Shown here: piece by piece, positions 52,058 through 60,961 of the stretch | Position numbering within the stretch: position 1 is the first letter of the stretch | How the letters are laid out: each line of letters starts with the position of its first letter | Origin: Bacillota bacterium | Lineage (GTDB): Bacteria; Bacillota; Sulfobacillia; Fermentithermobacillales; Fermentithermobacillaceae | Assembly: GCA_050260675.1 (NCBI GenBank) | Contig: JBLNCN010000004.1 | Location: 3,211 to 67,210, forward strand | DNA length: 64,000 nt | Direction of reading: 5' to 3' | Notes under the pieces: model-generated | The model's input: the letters and a program-made list of their open reading frames with translations, nothing else | Told to the model about the DNA's origin: nothing | The model's database searches: none | Made by a program: the position numbers and the translations under genes

Positions 52058-53557
52058 TTGTGGATTACCTATCCACCTGAGAAGGACTCAAATGCCCTCC
52101 CCACGCGGGCCTCAACGACCGCCACCGAAGATGACGGACAATGCAGGGATTGCCGAATTGTGGGAGAACAGATCGTTTCGCGGGGCCTCAACGATTCGCG
52201 AGAGGAGAGACACGAGACGGAGCGCGTTCGTGACCCCATCCACGGAATGATCGAGTACAATGATGCGGAGCAAGCGATCATAAACAGCCCCGCAATGCAG
52301 CGCCTCAGGGGCATAAAACAGCTAGCGCTTACTGAGTATGTCTACCCCGGAGCCAAGCATTCACGGTTTGAACACTCCCTGGGAACGATGCATGTAGCTG
52401 GTCGTATCGCAAACAAACCCGAGATGGGGCTTCAGGAGAAGGAGATTCAGATAATTCGCCTGGCAGCTCTCCTGCATGATGTCGGTCATGGACCCTTCTC
52501 GCATGTGGCAGAGGAGTGTCTCGAGAAGTACTCCAAGCTCGGAAAGGATCAGAGCCGGCAGGAGATTCATGAGAAAATCACCGCGGACATTATCAGAATG
52601 GACCCAGTAGTGGTCACGGCAATCAAGAATACCAAAATCGACCCCGAGGAGGTGGCGGCGGTTATTTCCCACGGAACGGATCGCACATTCGCCACCGATA
52701 TCGTCTCTGGTCCTGTGGATGCAGATAAGCTAGACTACCTGCTGAGAGATAGCTATTACGCTGGCGTCAAGTACGGGGTCTATGACCTTGAGAGAATAAT
52801 CGGCGAGGCGAAGATCATAGGAAACAAGGAGAATTTGGCGTTCGCAGAAGGCGCCATGTGGGCCCTTGAGCAACTACTTCTGGCCAGACACCACATGTTC
52901 ACCCAGGTCTATCAGCACCGCATTCGGTTAATCAGCGACGCCATGATCGTAAGAGGATTAACCCTTGCTGCAGAAGAAGATAGTGACATCAAACATTTGT
53001 TCGAGTATAATGGCAGTAAAGAGTTCTTGGCTAGCTGGCAGGCTCTAGACGATGAGGCGATGTTCCGCAGGATAGCCGCCTGCTCCTGTACTCAAGCAAA
53101 GGCCATCTTTGATGACCTCAAGCACCGGCGTCTGTACAAGAGAATAGCCCGGGTTGATCTGGCAAAAGACATAACGAACATCAAACAAAAAGCTCGGCTA
53201 GTCAAGATGGATGCAAAGGATCAGATGGCGCTAGAGAAGAAGATAGCCGAGGCACTGGGACTCGATGATTGGAAGGTCATAGCAAGCGTTACCAACACTA
53301 ACAAGCCTGGTTTCAGGCGTGCACGTATAGAGGTAGGTCCATCTACCATCTTCATTGTTGACAGGAATGGCGAGCCCGTGGAATTCGGCGGTCATCCGGA
53401 TGCCCTAGCCATTTTCCCTGAGTATCGCGAGATCCTTGAAGTCTACGTGCCGGTGGTGGGAGACACTGCAGAGGAGCGAAAGGCGTTTCGAGCCCAAGCT
53501 GAGGCGGCAGCGTGGAGCATCATCAAGGAATATGGTAAGAAGGTTGGTGCGAAATGA
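52058..53557 (+). CDS. HD-domain dNTP triphosphohydrolase-like protein (SAMHD1/YwfO family); true start probably near 52160
   Basis: RDPIHG, QRLRGIKQL, HSRFEHSLG, LLHDVGHGPFSH, HE, DADKLDYLLRD. Confidence 0.9.
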   Translation: MWITYPPEKDSNALPTRASTTATEDDGQCRDCRIVGEQIVSRGLNDSREERHETERVRDPIHGMIEYNDAEQAIINSPAMQRLRGIKQLALTEYVYPGAKHSRFEHSLGTMHVAGRIANKPEMGLQEKEIQIIRLAALLHDVGHGPFSHVAEECLEKYSKLGKDQSRQEIHEKITADIIRMDPVVVTAIKNTKIDPEEVAAVISHGTDRTFATDIVSGPVDADKLDYLLRDSYYAGVKYGVYDLERIIGEAKIIGNKENLAFAEGAMWALEQLLLARHHMFTQVYQHRIRLISDAMIVRGLTLAAEEDSDIKHLFEYNGSKEFLASWQALDDEAMFRRIAACSCTQAKAIFDDLKHRRLYKRIARVDLAKDITNIKQKARLVKMDAKDQMALEKKIAEALGLDDWKVIASVTNTNKPGFRRARIEVGPSTIFIVDRNGEPVEFGGHPDALAIFPEYREILEVYVPVVGDTAEERKAFRAQAEAAAWSIIKEYGKKVGAK

Positions 53558-54093
53558 TGGACACGAGAGACCTGGTGCTGGCCATCGTTGGAAGTTGTCC
53601 AGATCACAAGGTTCCCGGGCGGACGATTCTCCAGAAAATCGTCTACTTCTGCTCTGTGATTCTCAAATTAGAGGTAGACTACTTCCCTCACTACTACGGT
53701 CCCTATAGCGAAGAGGTATCTCAAGCTGTAAAGAGTCTCTCCGCTCTTGGTTTCATTTCCGAATCAAAGCACATGACCAACACTGGACTATGGGGCTATG
53801 ATTACCAACTAACCAAAGACGGCACTGAGCTGTTCTCCTCCCTAAGTACGAACCCAACGCTGAAGCGCGTCGCAGATGTAGTGTCAAAAATCCTTAGCCT
53901 TGAAGGTTGGAACCACACCCAGACCATTTCATGTGCAGCCAAAGTAAACTTTATCCTTCACCGCAACAATCAGCCGATGACGAGAGAGGCCATCTCTAAG
54001 GAAGCTGAGGGCTTAGGCTGGAAACTAGACGCTGGTACGATTAGCAGTGTCGTATCCTTCCTGGAGTCTCTGAATCTGGTGACTACTGGTTAG
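53554..54093 (+). CDS. YwgA/Panacea(DUF4065)-like winged-helix protein
   Basis: GRTILQKIVY, YYGPYSEEV, YQLTKDG; ATGA overlap with the HD gene. Confidence 0.75.
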   Translation: MMDTRDLVLAIVGSCPDHKVPGRTILQKIVYFCSVILKLEVDYFPHYYGPYSEEVSQAVKSLSALGFISESKHMTNTGLWGYDYQLTKDGTELFSSLSTNPTLKRVADVVSKILSLEGWNHTQTISCAAKVNFILHRNNQPMTREAISKEAEGLGWKLDAGTISSVVSFLESLNLVTTG

Positions 54094-54371
54094 GCCTCAA
54101 GACCGACCGGATGGTCCCCAGAGCCTGTTTATGGCTGATGTTGTCACCATGGGATTCCGCCAGTAATTCGTGTCGGCGAGTTGTGAATTCACCGCTTGCG
54201 ACAAAGCGTGAAGGGCCACATTGTGAAGCGCGACCATTTGGATTCGAGGAAGAATACCCCGAAAATGACCCTCAGGAACAGCACCTACCCGAAGGTTAGC
54301 CAACGATCTTCCAAGACCAGAAAAGGGCTTCTCCAAGAGGGTTCAGAACGAGGCTCTAGCAGGAAATAAAA

Positions 54372-54447
54372 TGGTGGGCCATAAAGGACTCGAACCTTTA
54401 ACCACCCGATTAAGAGTCGGATGCTCTACCGATTGAGCTAATGGCCC
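54372..54447 (-). tRNA. tRNA-Lys (CUU)
   Basis: 76 nt, GGGCCAT acceptor stem, anticodon loop CT-CTT-AA, GTTCGA T-loop, encoded CCA. Confidence 0.97.
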
Positions 54448-54458
54448 ACTTTACGCGT

Positions 54459-54534
54459 TGGTAGCGGCGACTGGACTCGAACCAGTGACACTACGGGTAT
54501 GAACCGTATGCTCTACCAACTGAGCTACGCCGCC
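54459..54534 (-). tRNA. tRNA-Met (CAU), elongator type
   Basis: 76 nt, GGCGGCGTAGCTCAG start, ACGG-TT-CAT-AC-CCGT anticodon arm, encoded CCA. Confidence 0.95.
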
Positions 54535-54554
54535 ACCCTATGACAGCAGACTCC

Positions 54555-54582
54555 ATTATAGCAGAGAGTTAACTTGCGTCAA
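54555..54582 (-). promoter_or_regulatory. sigmaA promoter of the tRNA pair
   Basis: TTGACG-N16-TATAAT with extended TG. Confidence 0.85.
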
Positions 54583-54900
54583 CAACCTTTCCCCTGGACT
54601 ATGCCCCTATGAATTCCAGGCGGTTTTCCTCGCCGATCCCGCCCCTGCCAAGAGGAGATCTAGGCGACACACCGAATCCTACTTCCCAGAAAACGCGGCG
54701 GTATTCTTAGCTTTCCGCCAATGGATGCGGCTACCGGAGGTGACTCCCGGCCAGCCTCCGGCTTCTTTATCTCCTTCTATACTAGAGAGACCACCGGTCA
54801 TAGGTGGCGGTAGTCGAGCGGTTAGGCATGGTTCTCGTACCTGAGTGCGGACGCCCTATCCACTTCGACGCGGCTGGGGAGCGCCCCGGAGGTGTAGTGA

Positions 54901-55764
54901 TTGGCGTTCGTCCTCTCAATCTCGGGCAGCACGATAATGTCCGAGTCGGAGAAGCTTAAAGACCTGTTCAAGTGGCACACACAAGCCATTGAGATTGGCG
55001 ACCTAAAGTCCCCCCACGATTTGACCTTCATAATCGAGAACTGCAGACGTTTCGGCGTGAGACTGGGTATCCACACCCCTCTCTATGCCATCGACGATCG
55101 CCGGGGCCTGCTCTGGAACGACAGCCCAGCATGGGGGGAATTGCAGCGAAACCTGGATATCGCCCGCCGGGAGGGACTGGAGTACGTCCTGGTCCACTTC
55201 CCTTACGTGTGGGACAGGGAAGGAAACAACCTTGGCATCGACCAGGTGAGGGCCATCATCCCCCGGCTGAAGCGGCTTGAGCGGGCGTCGGGCATTCCGG
55301 TTGTCTGCGAACCCAAACTAGGGCCCCGGAAGGACCCCTCGGCCTTCACCATGCTCTGGGCCATCAACCGCCAGGAACTGCTTCAGTGGGACCTATCCTT
55401 CTGCATAGACGTCGGCGACCTGTACATAGCGTCCCGAGCCCTCCGCAGTTCGTACGAGGACATGCTGGCGCACCTGGCGCCTTGGTGTCATGTGGTCCAC
55501 CTCCACCAAGTGTGGCACGGTGGCCTGCGCTACTTCTGGACTCCTGTCGAGCAGGACGGCTGCGTCCCTATCCTCCGCACGCTGGAGATCCTGGGCGGGA
55601 CCGGCTGCGACATATTCGCGGTCCTGGAACACACCCCTCATCGCGTCCGCGACAATGCCCAGGTTGAGGAAGGGTTAAACTGGCTCCTCCGCAGTTCCGG
55701 ACCATGGAAGGACCGAGAAGGGCTGCCGCCGGTTTATGATGGAAAGTACAGGGGAGTCCGCTAG
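54901..55764 (+). CDS. Xylose-isomerase-like TIM-barrel protein
   Basis: GIHTP, LVHFP, VCEP, CIDVGD, VVHLH, VLEH metal-ligand pattern; GGAGG RBS before TTG. Confidence 0.75.
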   Translation: MAFVLSISGSTIMSESEKLKDLFKWHTQAIEIGDLKSPHDLTFIIENCRRFGVRLGIHTPLYAIDDRRGLLWNDSPAWGELQRNLDIARREGLEYVLVHFPYVWDREGNNLGIDQVRAIIPRLKRLERASGIPVVCEPKLGPRKDPSAFTMLWAINRQELLQWDLSFCIDVGDLYIASRALRSSYEDMLAHLAPWCHVVHLHQVWHGGLRYFWTPVEQDGCVPILRTLEILGGTGCDIFAVLEHTPHRVRDNAQVEEGLNWLLRSSGPWKDREGLPPVYDGKYRGVR

Positions 55765-55771
55765 ATCCCTC

Positions 55772-55797
55772 TAACCTTTTCGTCGTGCCTACGGTCT
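55772..55797 (+). promoter_or_regulatory. Candidate autoregulatory ECF promoter
   Basis: TAAC-N17-GGTCT immediately upstream of the ECF gene. Confidence 0.4.
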
Positions 55798-56514
55798 ATG
55801 CATGTGGAAGGGGGATGCGTCCTGTCCGCGAATCCGGTGCCCAGCGAGACCACCACCGCTAGTGTGACGTCGCCGGCCGAATCCGACCCGGTCACTCCGG
55901 CCTTGGTTCCTGCGCTCACCTGCCTGGGGCTTCTCTCCGACGAAGACCTGGTCGGGATGACGCTCGACAATCCCAACCGGGACGCCGCATTCGCTGTGCT
56001 GGTGGAACGTCATCAGACAGCGGTAAGGCGCGTGGCGCGCGGGATCCTGGGCAGGTCCCCGGATGTGGACGACGTAGTCCAGTCAGCCTTCATCTCGGCG
56101 TTCAGGTCACTGCATACGCTCAAGGACAGGGCAAGGTTCAAATACTGGGTCAGGATGATCGCCATAAACGAGGCGCGGGATGTCGCGGCAGGTTCCTTAG
56201 AAGTAGCCGGCCTGGATGAGCTCATGATCCTGCCGGAGCAGGCTTCGGACCGGCTGCCGGCAGACGTGGCCGAAGCAAGATGGCTCATCGACGAGCTGAC
56301 CGAACGGATCCCCATGCAGTACATGAGGGTCCTCTACCTGCGGTATTACCTGGATTACACTGTCAACGAAGTCGCCGAGATGCTGGGCATCGACCCCGGC
56401 CTGGTCAAGTGGCGCGCCAACCGGGCCCGCCGGCTGGCAAGAGAAGCCCTTTCCGCCGCAGCCGGTCCCAGGAAAGAAGGAGGAAACAAGTATGGACAAA
56501 CTCAGCCAAGTTAG
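55798..56514 (+). CDS. ECF RNA polymerase sigma factor
   Basis: Region 2 DDVVQSAF..FKYWVRMIAINEARD; region 4 YTVNEVAEMLGID.GLVKWRANRAR; start uncertain. Confidence 0.9.
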   Translation: MHVEGGCVLSANPVPSETTTASVTSPAESDPVTPALVPALTCLGLLSDEDLVGMTLDNPNRDAAFAVLVERHQTAVRRVARGILGRSPDVDDVVQSAFISAFRSLHTLKDRARFKYWVRMIAINEARDVAAGSLEVAGLDELMILPEQASDRLPADVAEARWLIDELTERIPMQYMRVLYLRYYLDYTVNEVAEMLGIDPGLVKWRANRARRLAREALSAAAGPRKEGGNKYGQTQPS

Positions 56515-57319
56515 GGGCGTTTTGCGAGGTATCCGGAACATCGCTGTGCAGGGCATCTATACGGACACGTTCAAAGGGATGGAAGCCCAATGCGTGAGCA
56601 CCTACCGCAAATGCATCGCCACTTTGAAGACCGTGCCCGATTTCGAGGAGATCGAGAGCCTGGCCCCCGACCTCACCGATAGCGCCACAATGCAGGAGAT
56701 CGGGTTCGCGGTGGAGACAGTCCTGAGCCTTATCTCCGAGGGCGCGGGGCCGGTCACCGGCAAGGGAATGCAGGTGTGGATGGGCCATGGCGGCGGTCGC
56801 GCAAGGACCTGCCACCCAGCGCGGCCGATCCCTCCCGTGCCTCCCGCTCCACCTTTACCTTCACTGCCTCCCCTGCCACCCATGCCTCATGCGCACGGGC
56901 CCGTAGACAAACACGCCTGGCGCGACATGAAGCGGCATATGAAGCAGCAGTTCCGCGCTTTCCGCCACAGCTACGGCGTGGAGCACAGTCGGCGCCTGGA
57001 GGAACTCCAGGATGAAATGCAGGAGAAGATCGAGGCAGAACAGGAGCGCTTCGAGGAAAGCGTTGAAAGCATCGAAGAACAAATGGAGGAGCTCCAGGAG
57101 AAGATCGAGGAACTGCGTGAGCGGCTCGAGGAGCGGTTGGAGGAGATCCGGGAGAAGTACGAGGAGAAGATCGAGAGGATCCAGGAAGCTGCTGAGGAAC
57201 CCGCCGAACTCGCAGAGGAAGAGGAAGAGGAACACGAAGAAGAGTGCGAGTGCGACGAGGACGAGGACGACGATGATGACGATGATGACGACGATCCGGA
57301 AGTCTGGCTAGAACGTTAA
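56492..57319 (+). CDS. Soluble protein with Pro/His-rich linker, Glu-rich coiled coil and poly-acidic tail (candidate anti-sigma)
   Basis: AAGGAGG RBS, overlaps the ECF stop, no TM segment. Confidence 0.8.
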   Translation: MDKLSQVRGVLRGIRNIAVQGIYTDTFKGMEAQCVSTYRKCIATLKTVPDFEEIESLAPDLTDSATMQEIGFAVETVLSLISEGAGPVTGKGMQVWMGHGGGRARTCHPARPIPPVPPAPPLPSLPPLPPMPHAHGPVDKHAWRDMKRHMKQQFRAFRHSYGVEHSRRLEELQDEMQEKIEAEQERFEESVESIEEQMEELQEKIEELRERLEERLEEIREKYEEKIERIQEAAEEPAELAEEEEEEHEEECECDEDEDDDDDDDDDDPEVWLER

Positions 57320-57378
57320 GTCGAGAGGCGAAGCAGCCACGACAAGACTCCATCAAGACGTCGCCGCCCCAGCCATTC

Positions 57379-57412
57379 AAAGGGCCCGCTCCTGACGGGC
57401 CCTGTTGTTTTA
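57379..57412. terminator. Intrinsic terminator
   Basis: AGGGCCCG-loop-CGGGCCCT followed by GTTGTTTT. Confidence 0.7.
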
Positions 57413-57417
57413 AACGT

Positions 57418-57966
57418 TCATTCATAATCCTTGTCAGGGTGATACCAGGTCTCCCAAGGCCCCAACAGGTCATCGAAGCGCCAGCAGCCGCGGCGGATGG
57501 GTAACCCTGCTATGCCTAACACCTGCTCCGCATCCCGACGCAGCCTATCCCTTTCCTCAATGCTAACGGCATACAACATGAGCAGGTAGTCTATCTCGAT
57601 CCCCGGCTTCGGATAACCGTCCAGCGGGACTCCTGTTCTCACGACCAGAATTGGAGCCCTGGATGCCTTTGCGATAGCCTTATGGCCCCGTAGCATCAAC
57701 TCTCCGATCAGGAAGTCCTGCTCCAGCGCAAATGTCGTCAACGGGGCCTCGTGCGGCCAATCGGATCCTTCCGCCCTCGCCAGCGCTGACCGGAAGGCCT
57801 GCATCGCGTTCCCTAGGCTCCAGACCTCCACCTTCCAGCAGTTCAAGCACTCCTCCACCGGAGTCCTGGTCTCGGCCACTTTCTCGCGACAACGCCGGCA
57901 CTTCTCCGACCACATTGGGTCAGGGCAGTTGTAGTAGCGCCAGACTCCATCCTCGGTGACTCTCAT
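57418..57966 (-). CDS. Hypothetical Cys-motif protein
   Basis: C-x8-CxxC...CxxC N-terminus and RRGCW C-terminus; 182 aa. Confidence 0.65.
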   Translation of the reverse strand: MRVTEDGVWRYYNCPDPMWSEKCRRCREKVAETRTPVEECLNCWKVEVWSLGNAMQAFRSALARAEGSDWPHEAPLTTFALEQDFLIGELMLRGHKAIAKASRAPILVVRTGVPLDGYPKPGIEIDYLLMLYAVSIEERDRLRRDAEQVLGIAGLPIRRGCWRFDDLLGPWETWYHPDKDYE

Positions 57967-58095
57967 ACTAGGAAGGTATGAGTCCTTAATGTCAAAGTTT
58001 CTGGAGTCGCGCGCGAGGTGGATGGACTCCAGTCGGGAGCGGTGATATACTCCCTGCGGTTGTGGGATTCACATCACGGAAAGGAAGTGTTTGCA

Positions 58096-58158
58096 GTGAC
58101 AGGAATCAGCACAGTAGCAGCCGGAACAGAGTTCAGGTACGAGGTGGGACTGGCGTAA
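58096..58158 (+). CDS. Candidate 20-aa leader peptide of the ABC operon
   Basis: AAGGAAG RBS, GTG...TAA TAG; MTGISTVAAGTEFRYEVGLA. Confidence 0.4.
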   Translation: MTGISTVAAGTEFRYEVGLA

Positions 58159-58381
58159 TAGAGCTGAAGGGCTCTTTCGCAAGGCGCATTTAGCGCGGGA
58201 TCTACTGTCTCTTCTCCATTCGTGGCCTCCGCAACTCCCTCCGGTCGCTCTATCATCACGCATGCACGTCATGCGCGCTTTCCCAGCATTCGCAATCCTT
58301 ACGAGTACCTGCCTTCGCTTATTTGAGGCAAGGACGCTCACTGCGCTTTCAGCGCTTTTGTAACCGAAGGGAGAACACCAA

Positions 58382-59272
58382 TTGCATAGCATCTCTAGCG
58401 AACCAATCGACAAGGGCGACCGCTCCTTCGTCAATGAGGACCGCTCCTTGCGTGCCGATTCTGTAGAACCAATCATCACGGCTGACGGACTGACCCGCCA
58501 TTTCCGCATCCGCTTGGACGGTGAGGGCTTCTCCGGAAGGCTGAAGAGTTTCGTGCGACCGGAGTACAGGACTGTCAGGGCGCTGGATAACGTATCGTTC
58601 ACAGTACTGCCTGGCGAGTCCATCGGGTACATCGGCCTGAACGGGGCCGGTAAGTCCACGACAATCAAGCTCCTGTGCGGAGTCCTTGTCCCCACCTCCG
58701 GGAGAGTTACCGTGGCGGGGCTCGAGCCCTACCGGAGCAGAACCAGATTGGCCCGAGAGATAGGCCTGCTCATGGGCCAACGGACTCAGCTCCTTTGGGA
58801 CTTGCCGGTCAAGGAGAGTTTCCACCTCCTAGGTAAGATCTACGATCTCCCCAAACACACCTACCAGGCCAATATGCAGCGGCTTTTGGATGTCCTTGAT
58901 CTCGGATCCCTCTTGGAGACTCCCGCCAGGATGCTGTCCCTCGGACAGAAGACCCGCTGTGACCTTGCGCTGACGTTCCTTCACAATCCGTCACTTGTCT
59001 TCCTGGACGAGCCGACGATCGGCCTGGACATCCTGGCGCGTGACCGCATCCGGGATTTCCTTCGCGAGGAGAAGGCCCGCGGAGTAACTATCTTCATGGC
59101 CAGCCACGACCTCGACGACCTGGAGATTGTGGCTGACAGGGTACTGCTAATTCATCGCGGCAAGATCCTTTTCGACGGGACCCAGCCGGAACTCCGGCAC
59201 CTGACGGGAGGCCACCTCGGCTCCCTTGAGGACACGGTCAAGCGTTTCTACAAGGAGGCAGAACTCGGATGA
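58382..59272 (+). CDS. ABC transporter ATP-binding protein (COG4586-type)
   Basis: GLNGAGKST, GQRTQLLWDLP, LSLGQ, FLDEPTIGLD, SHD. Confidence 0.93.
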   Translation: MHSISSEPIDKGDRSFVNEDRSLRADSVEPIITADGLTRHFRIRLDGEGFSGRLKSFVRPEYRTVRALDNVSFTVLPGESIGYIGLNGAGKSTTIKLLCGVLVPTSGRVTVAGLEPYRSRTRLAREIGLLMGQRTQLLWDLPVKESFHLLGKIYDLPKHTYQANMQRLLDVLDLGSLLETPARMLSLGQKTRCDLALTFLHNPSLVFLDEPTIGLDILARDRIRDFLREEKARGVTIFMASHDLDDLEIVADRVLLIHRGKILFDGTQPELRHLTGGHLGSLEDTVKRFYKEAELG

Positions 59273-60051
59273 AATACCTTGCGTACGCTCGTGCCGAGAT
59301 CCTCCGTGGCTTCCGCTATCGCGCCAACTACTGGGCCACCATGGTCGGAGCAGTAGCGATGGTGGTCATCCAGTGGTCGCTCTGGACCGCTGTCTACAGC
59401 CGTCGTGAATCGGTTGCCGGGATCGGGCTCGCAACAATGATGACCTACGTCATGCTGGGCAGGGTCGTGTCCGGGTTCCTGGGCGAGCCGACAGCGCTGC
59501 GGACCAACGGACGCGTGTGGTCCGGAGCGATTGTTCATGACCTCGTCAAGCCGGTGGACCTGCACGCGCAGCTGCTGTTCCAGAGCCTGGGCAGCGCCAC
59601 TTTCAGGTTCATCTCGACCGGGTTGCCTCTCCTCCTTATCCTTCGCTTTGCAGGATGGCTCGATATCCCGGACGCAAGGACTCTGGGCATTTTCCTGGTA
59701 TCCGCTCTCATGGGGTACGTGACGGTGTTCTCGACATCGTTTCTTTCAGGAGTTATCACCTTCCATGTAAAGAGCAGGGTAGGAATCGACTACATGTACA
59801 CGGTGGTCGAGCTGTTCTCCGGACTGTATTTCCCGCTCCAGTTCTTCCCTGGGTGGCTCAGGACGGTCGCCAACTGGCTGCCGTTCAAGTCCATCCACTA
59901 CATCCCGCTTGCGATCTGGAGCGGCATCACCGCGCCGGGCGAGGTAGCCTCCGCCCTGCTCACTCAGGTGATATGGACGTGCGTCATGGTGGCTGCTTCG
60001 CGCATTCTCTGGTCGGGCGCGGTGAGGAGCCTGACCGTGCAAGGGGGTTAG
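59269..60051 (+). CDS. ABC-2 family permease (COG4587-type)
   Basis: YRAN, SG.I..DLVKP, FSG..FPLQFFP, LTVQGG end. Confidence 0.9.
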   Translation: MKYLAYARAEILRGFRYRANYWATMVGAVAMVVIQWSLWTAVYSRRESVAGIGLATMMTYVMLGRVVSGFLGEPTALRTNGRVWSGAIVHDLVKPVDLHAQLLFQSLGSATFRFISTGLPLLLILRFAGWLDIPDARTLGIFLVSALMGYVTVFSTSFLSGVITFHVKSRVGIDYMYTVVELFSGLYFPLQFFPGWLRTVANWLPFKSIHYIPLAIWSGITAPGEVASALLTQVIWTCVMVAASRILWSGAVRSLTVQGG

Positions 60052-60055
60052 CCAG

Positions 60056-60862
60056 ATGGCAAACGCGGCAAGAAGCCTGATTCGACACGTGGGGTTGTAC
60101 TTCTGGTACCTGCGAGCCAACTGGCTATCGCTCATGGCGTACCCTGCTACTTTCATATCGATGAACGTAGCGGGAGTGGTCTACGCCTTCGGCTCGGCGG
60201 CGACCGTCTGGGTCCTATTCTCCCAGATACATGCCATCGGCGACTGGTCGTACCCTCAGGTGCTGCTTATATACGGGGTCTCCATCTTGTCGAGATCCCT
60301 CTGCCATCTTCTCTGGGTCGGCCTCATGTTCGTCTCCGGACTGGTCCGGGATGGAAGCGTGGACAGGATCCTCGTCCGCCCCCTGAATCCCCTGTTCCAG
60401 GTGGTTGCGGGATATCTCGACGAGGACGACTGGGGCGAGTTCGCCACGGCAGTCATTCTGATCTGGACGTCCTTGGGTATGCTCGGCCAACGCACATGGC
60501 TGAATGTTGGCTGGCTTGTGGTTGCTGGGATATCCGGGTCGGTCATATTCGCGGGAATCCGCCTTGTTGCAGCCGCAATGAGTTTCCTGACGGTCCAAAG
60601 CCGGGGCTTCATGGACCTTTCGTGGACTGTTGACGAATTCACGCGCTATCCCGCTGACATCTACGGCAAGGGAGTTCGAACGGTGATCACGTGGGCGATT
60701 CCGGTGGCCTTCGCCAGCTTCTACCCGGCCCAGCTCATCTTCGGCGATGGCAGGCTGCGAGCGTATGCCCTGGCAACTCCGCTGGTGGCAATCGCGACAT
60801 TCGCGATCTGCTACCGGTTCTGGCTCTACGCCCTTGACAACTATCAAGGAGTCGGAAATTAG
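60056..60862 (+). CDS. ABC-2 family permease (COG3694-type)
   Basis: IGDWS, DGSVDRILVRP, RYPADIY, IPVAF..FYP, YQGVGN end. Confidence 0.9.
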   Translation: MANAARSLIRHVGLYFWYLRANWLSLMAYPATFISMNVAGVVYAFGSAATVWVLFSQIHAIGDWSYPQVLLIYGVSILSRSLCHLLWVGLMFVSGLVRDGSVDRILVRPLNPLFQVVAGYLDEDDWGEFATAVILIWTSLGMLGQRTWLNVGWLVVAGISGSVIFAGIRLVAAAMSFLTVQSRGFMDLSWTVDEFTRYPADIYGKGVRTVITWAIPVAFASFYPAQLIFGDGRLRAYALATPLVAIATFAICYRFWLYALDNYQGVGN

Positions 60863-60961
60863 CGCCGGGCGTCAGACCCACCCGGGGAGACTGCGTAGAA
60901 CAGCATGGATTTGTGCGAAAGGAGGAGCCCGGAGGCTCTCTTCATCCGGGCGCTCTACACC

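Noticed and set aside
52000-54371. Intact integrative element or prophage at tRNA-Lys
   Set aside because: No integrase, att duplication or phage gene found by eye; only a cargo-like gene pair.
57215-57296. GAR/GAY trinucleotide run as a microsatellite or artefact
   Set aside because: Synonymous codons are mixed and in frame, so it is better explained as a coded acidic tail.
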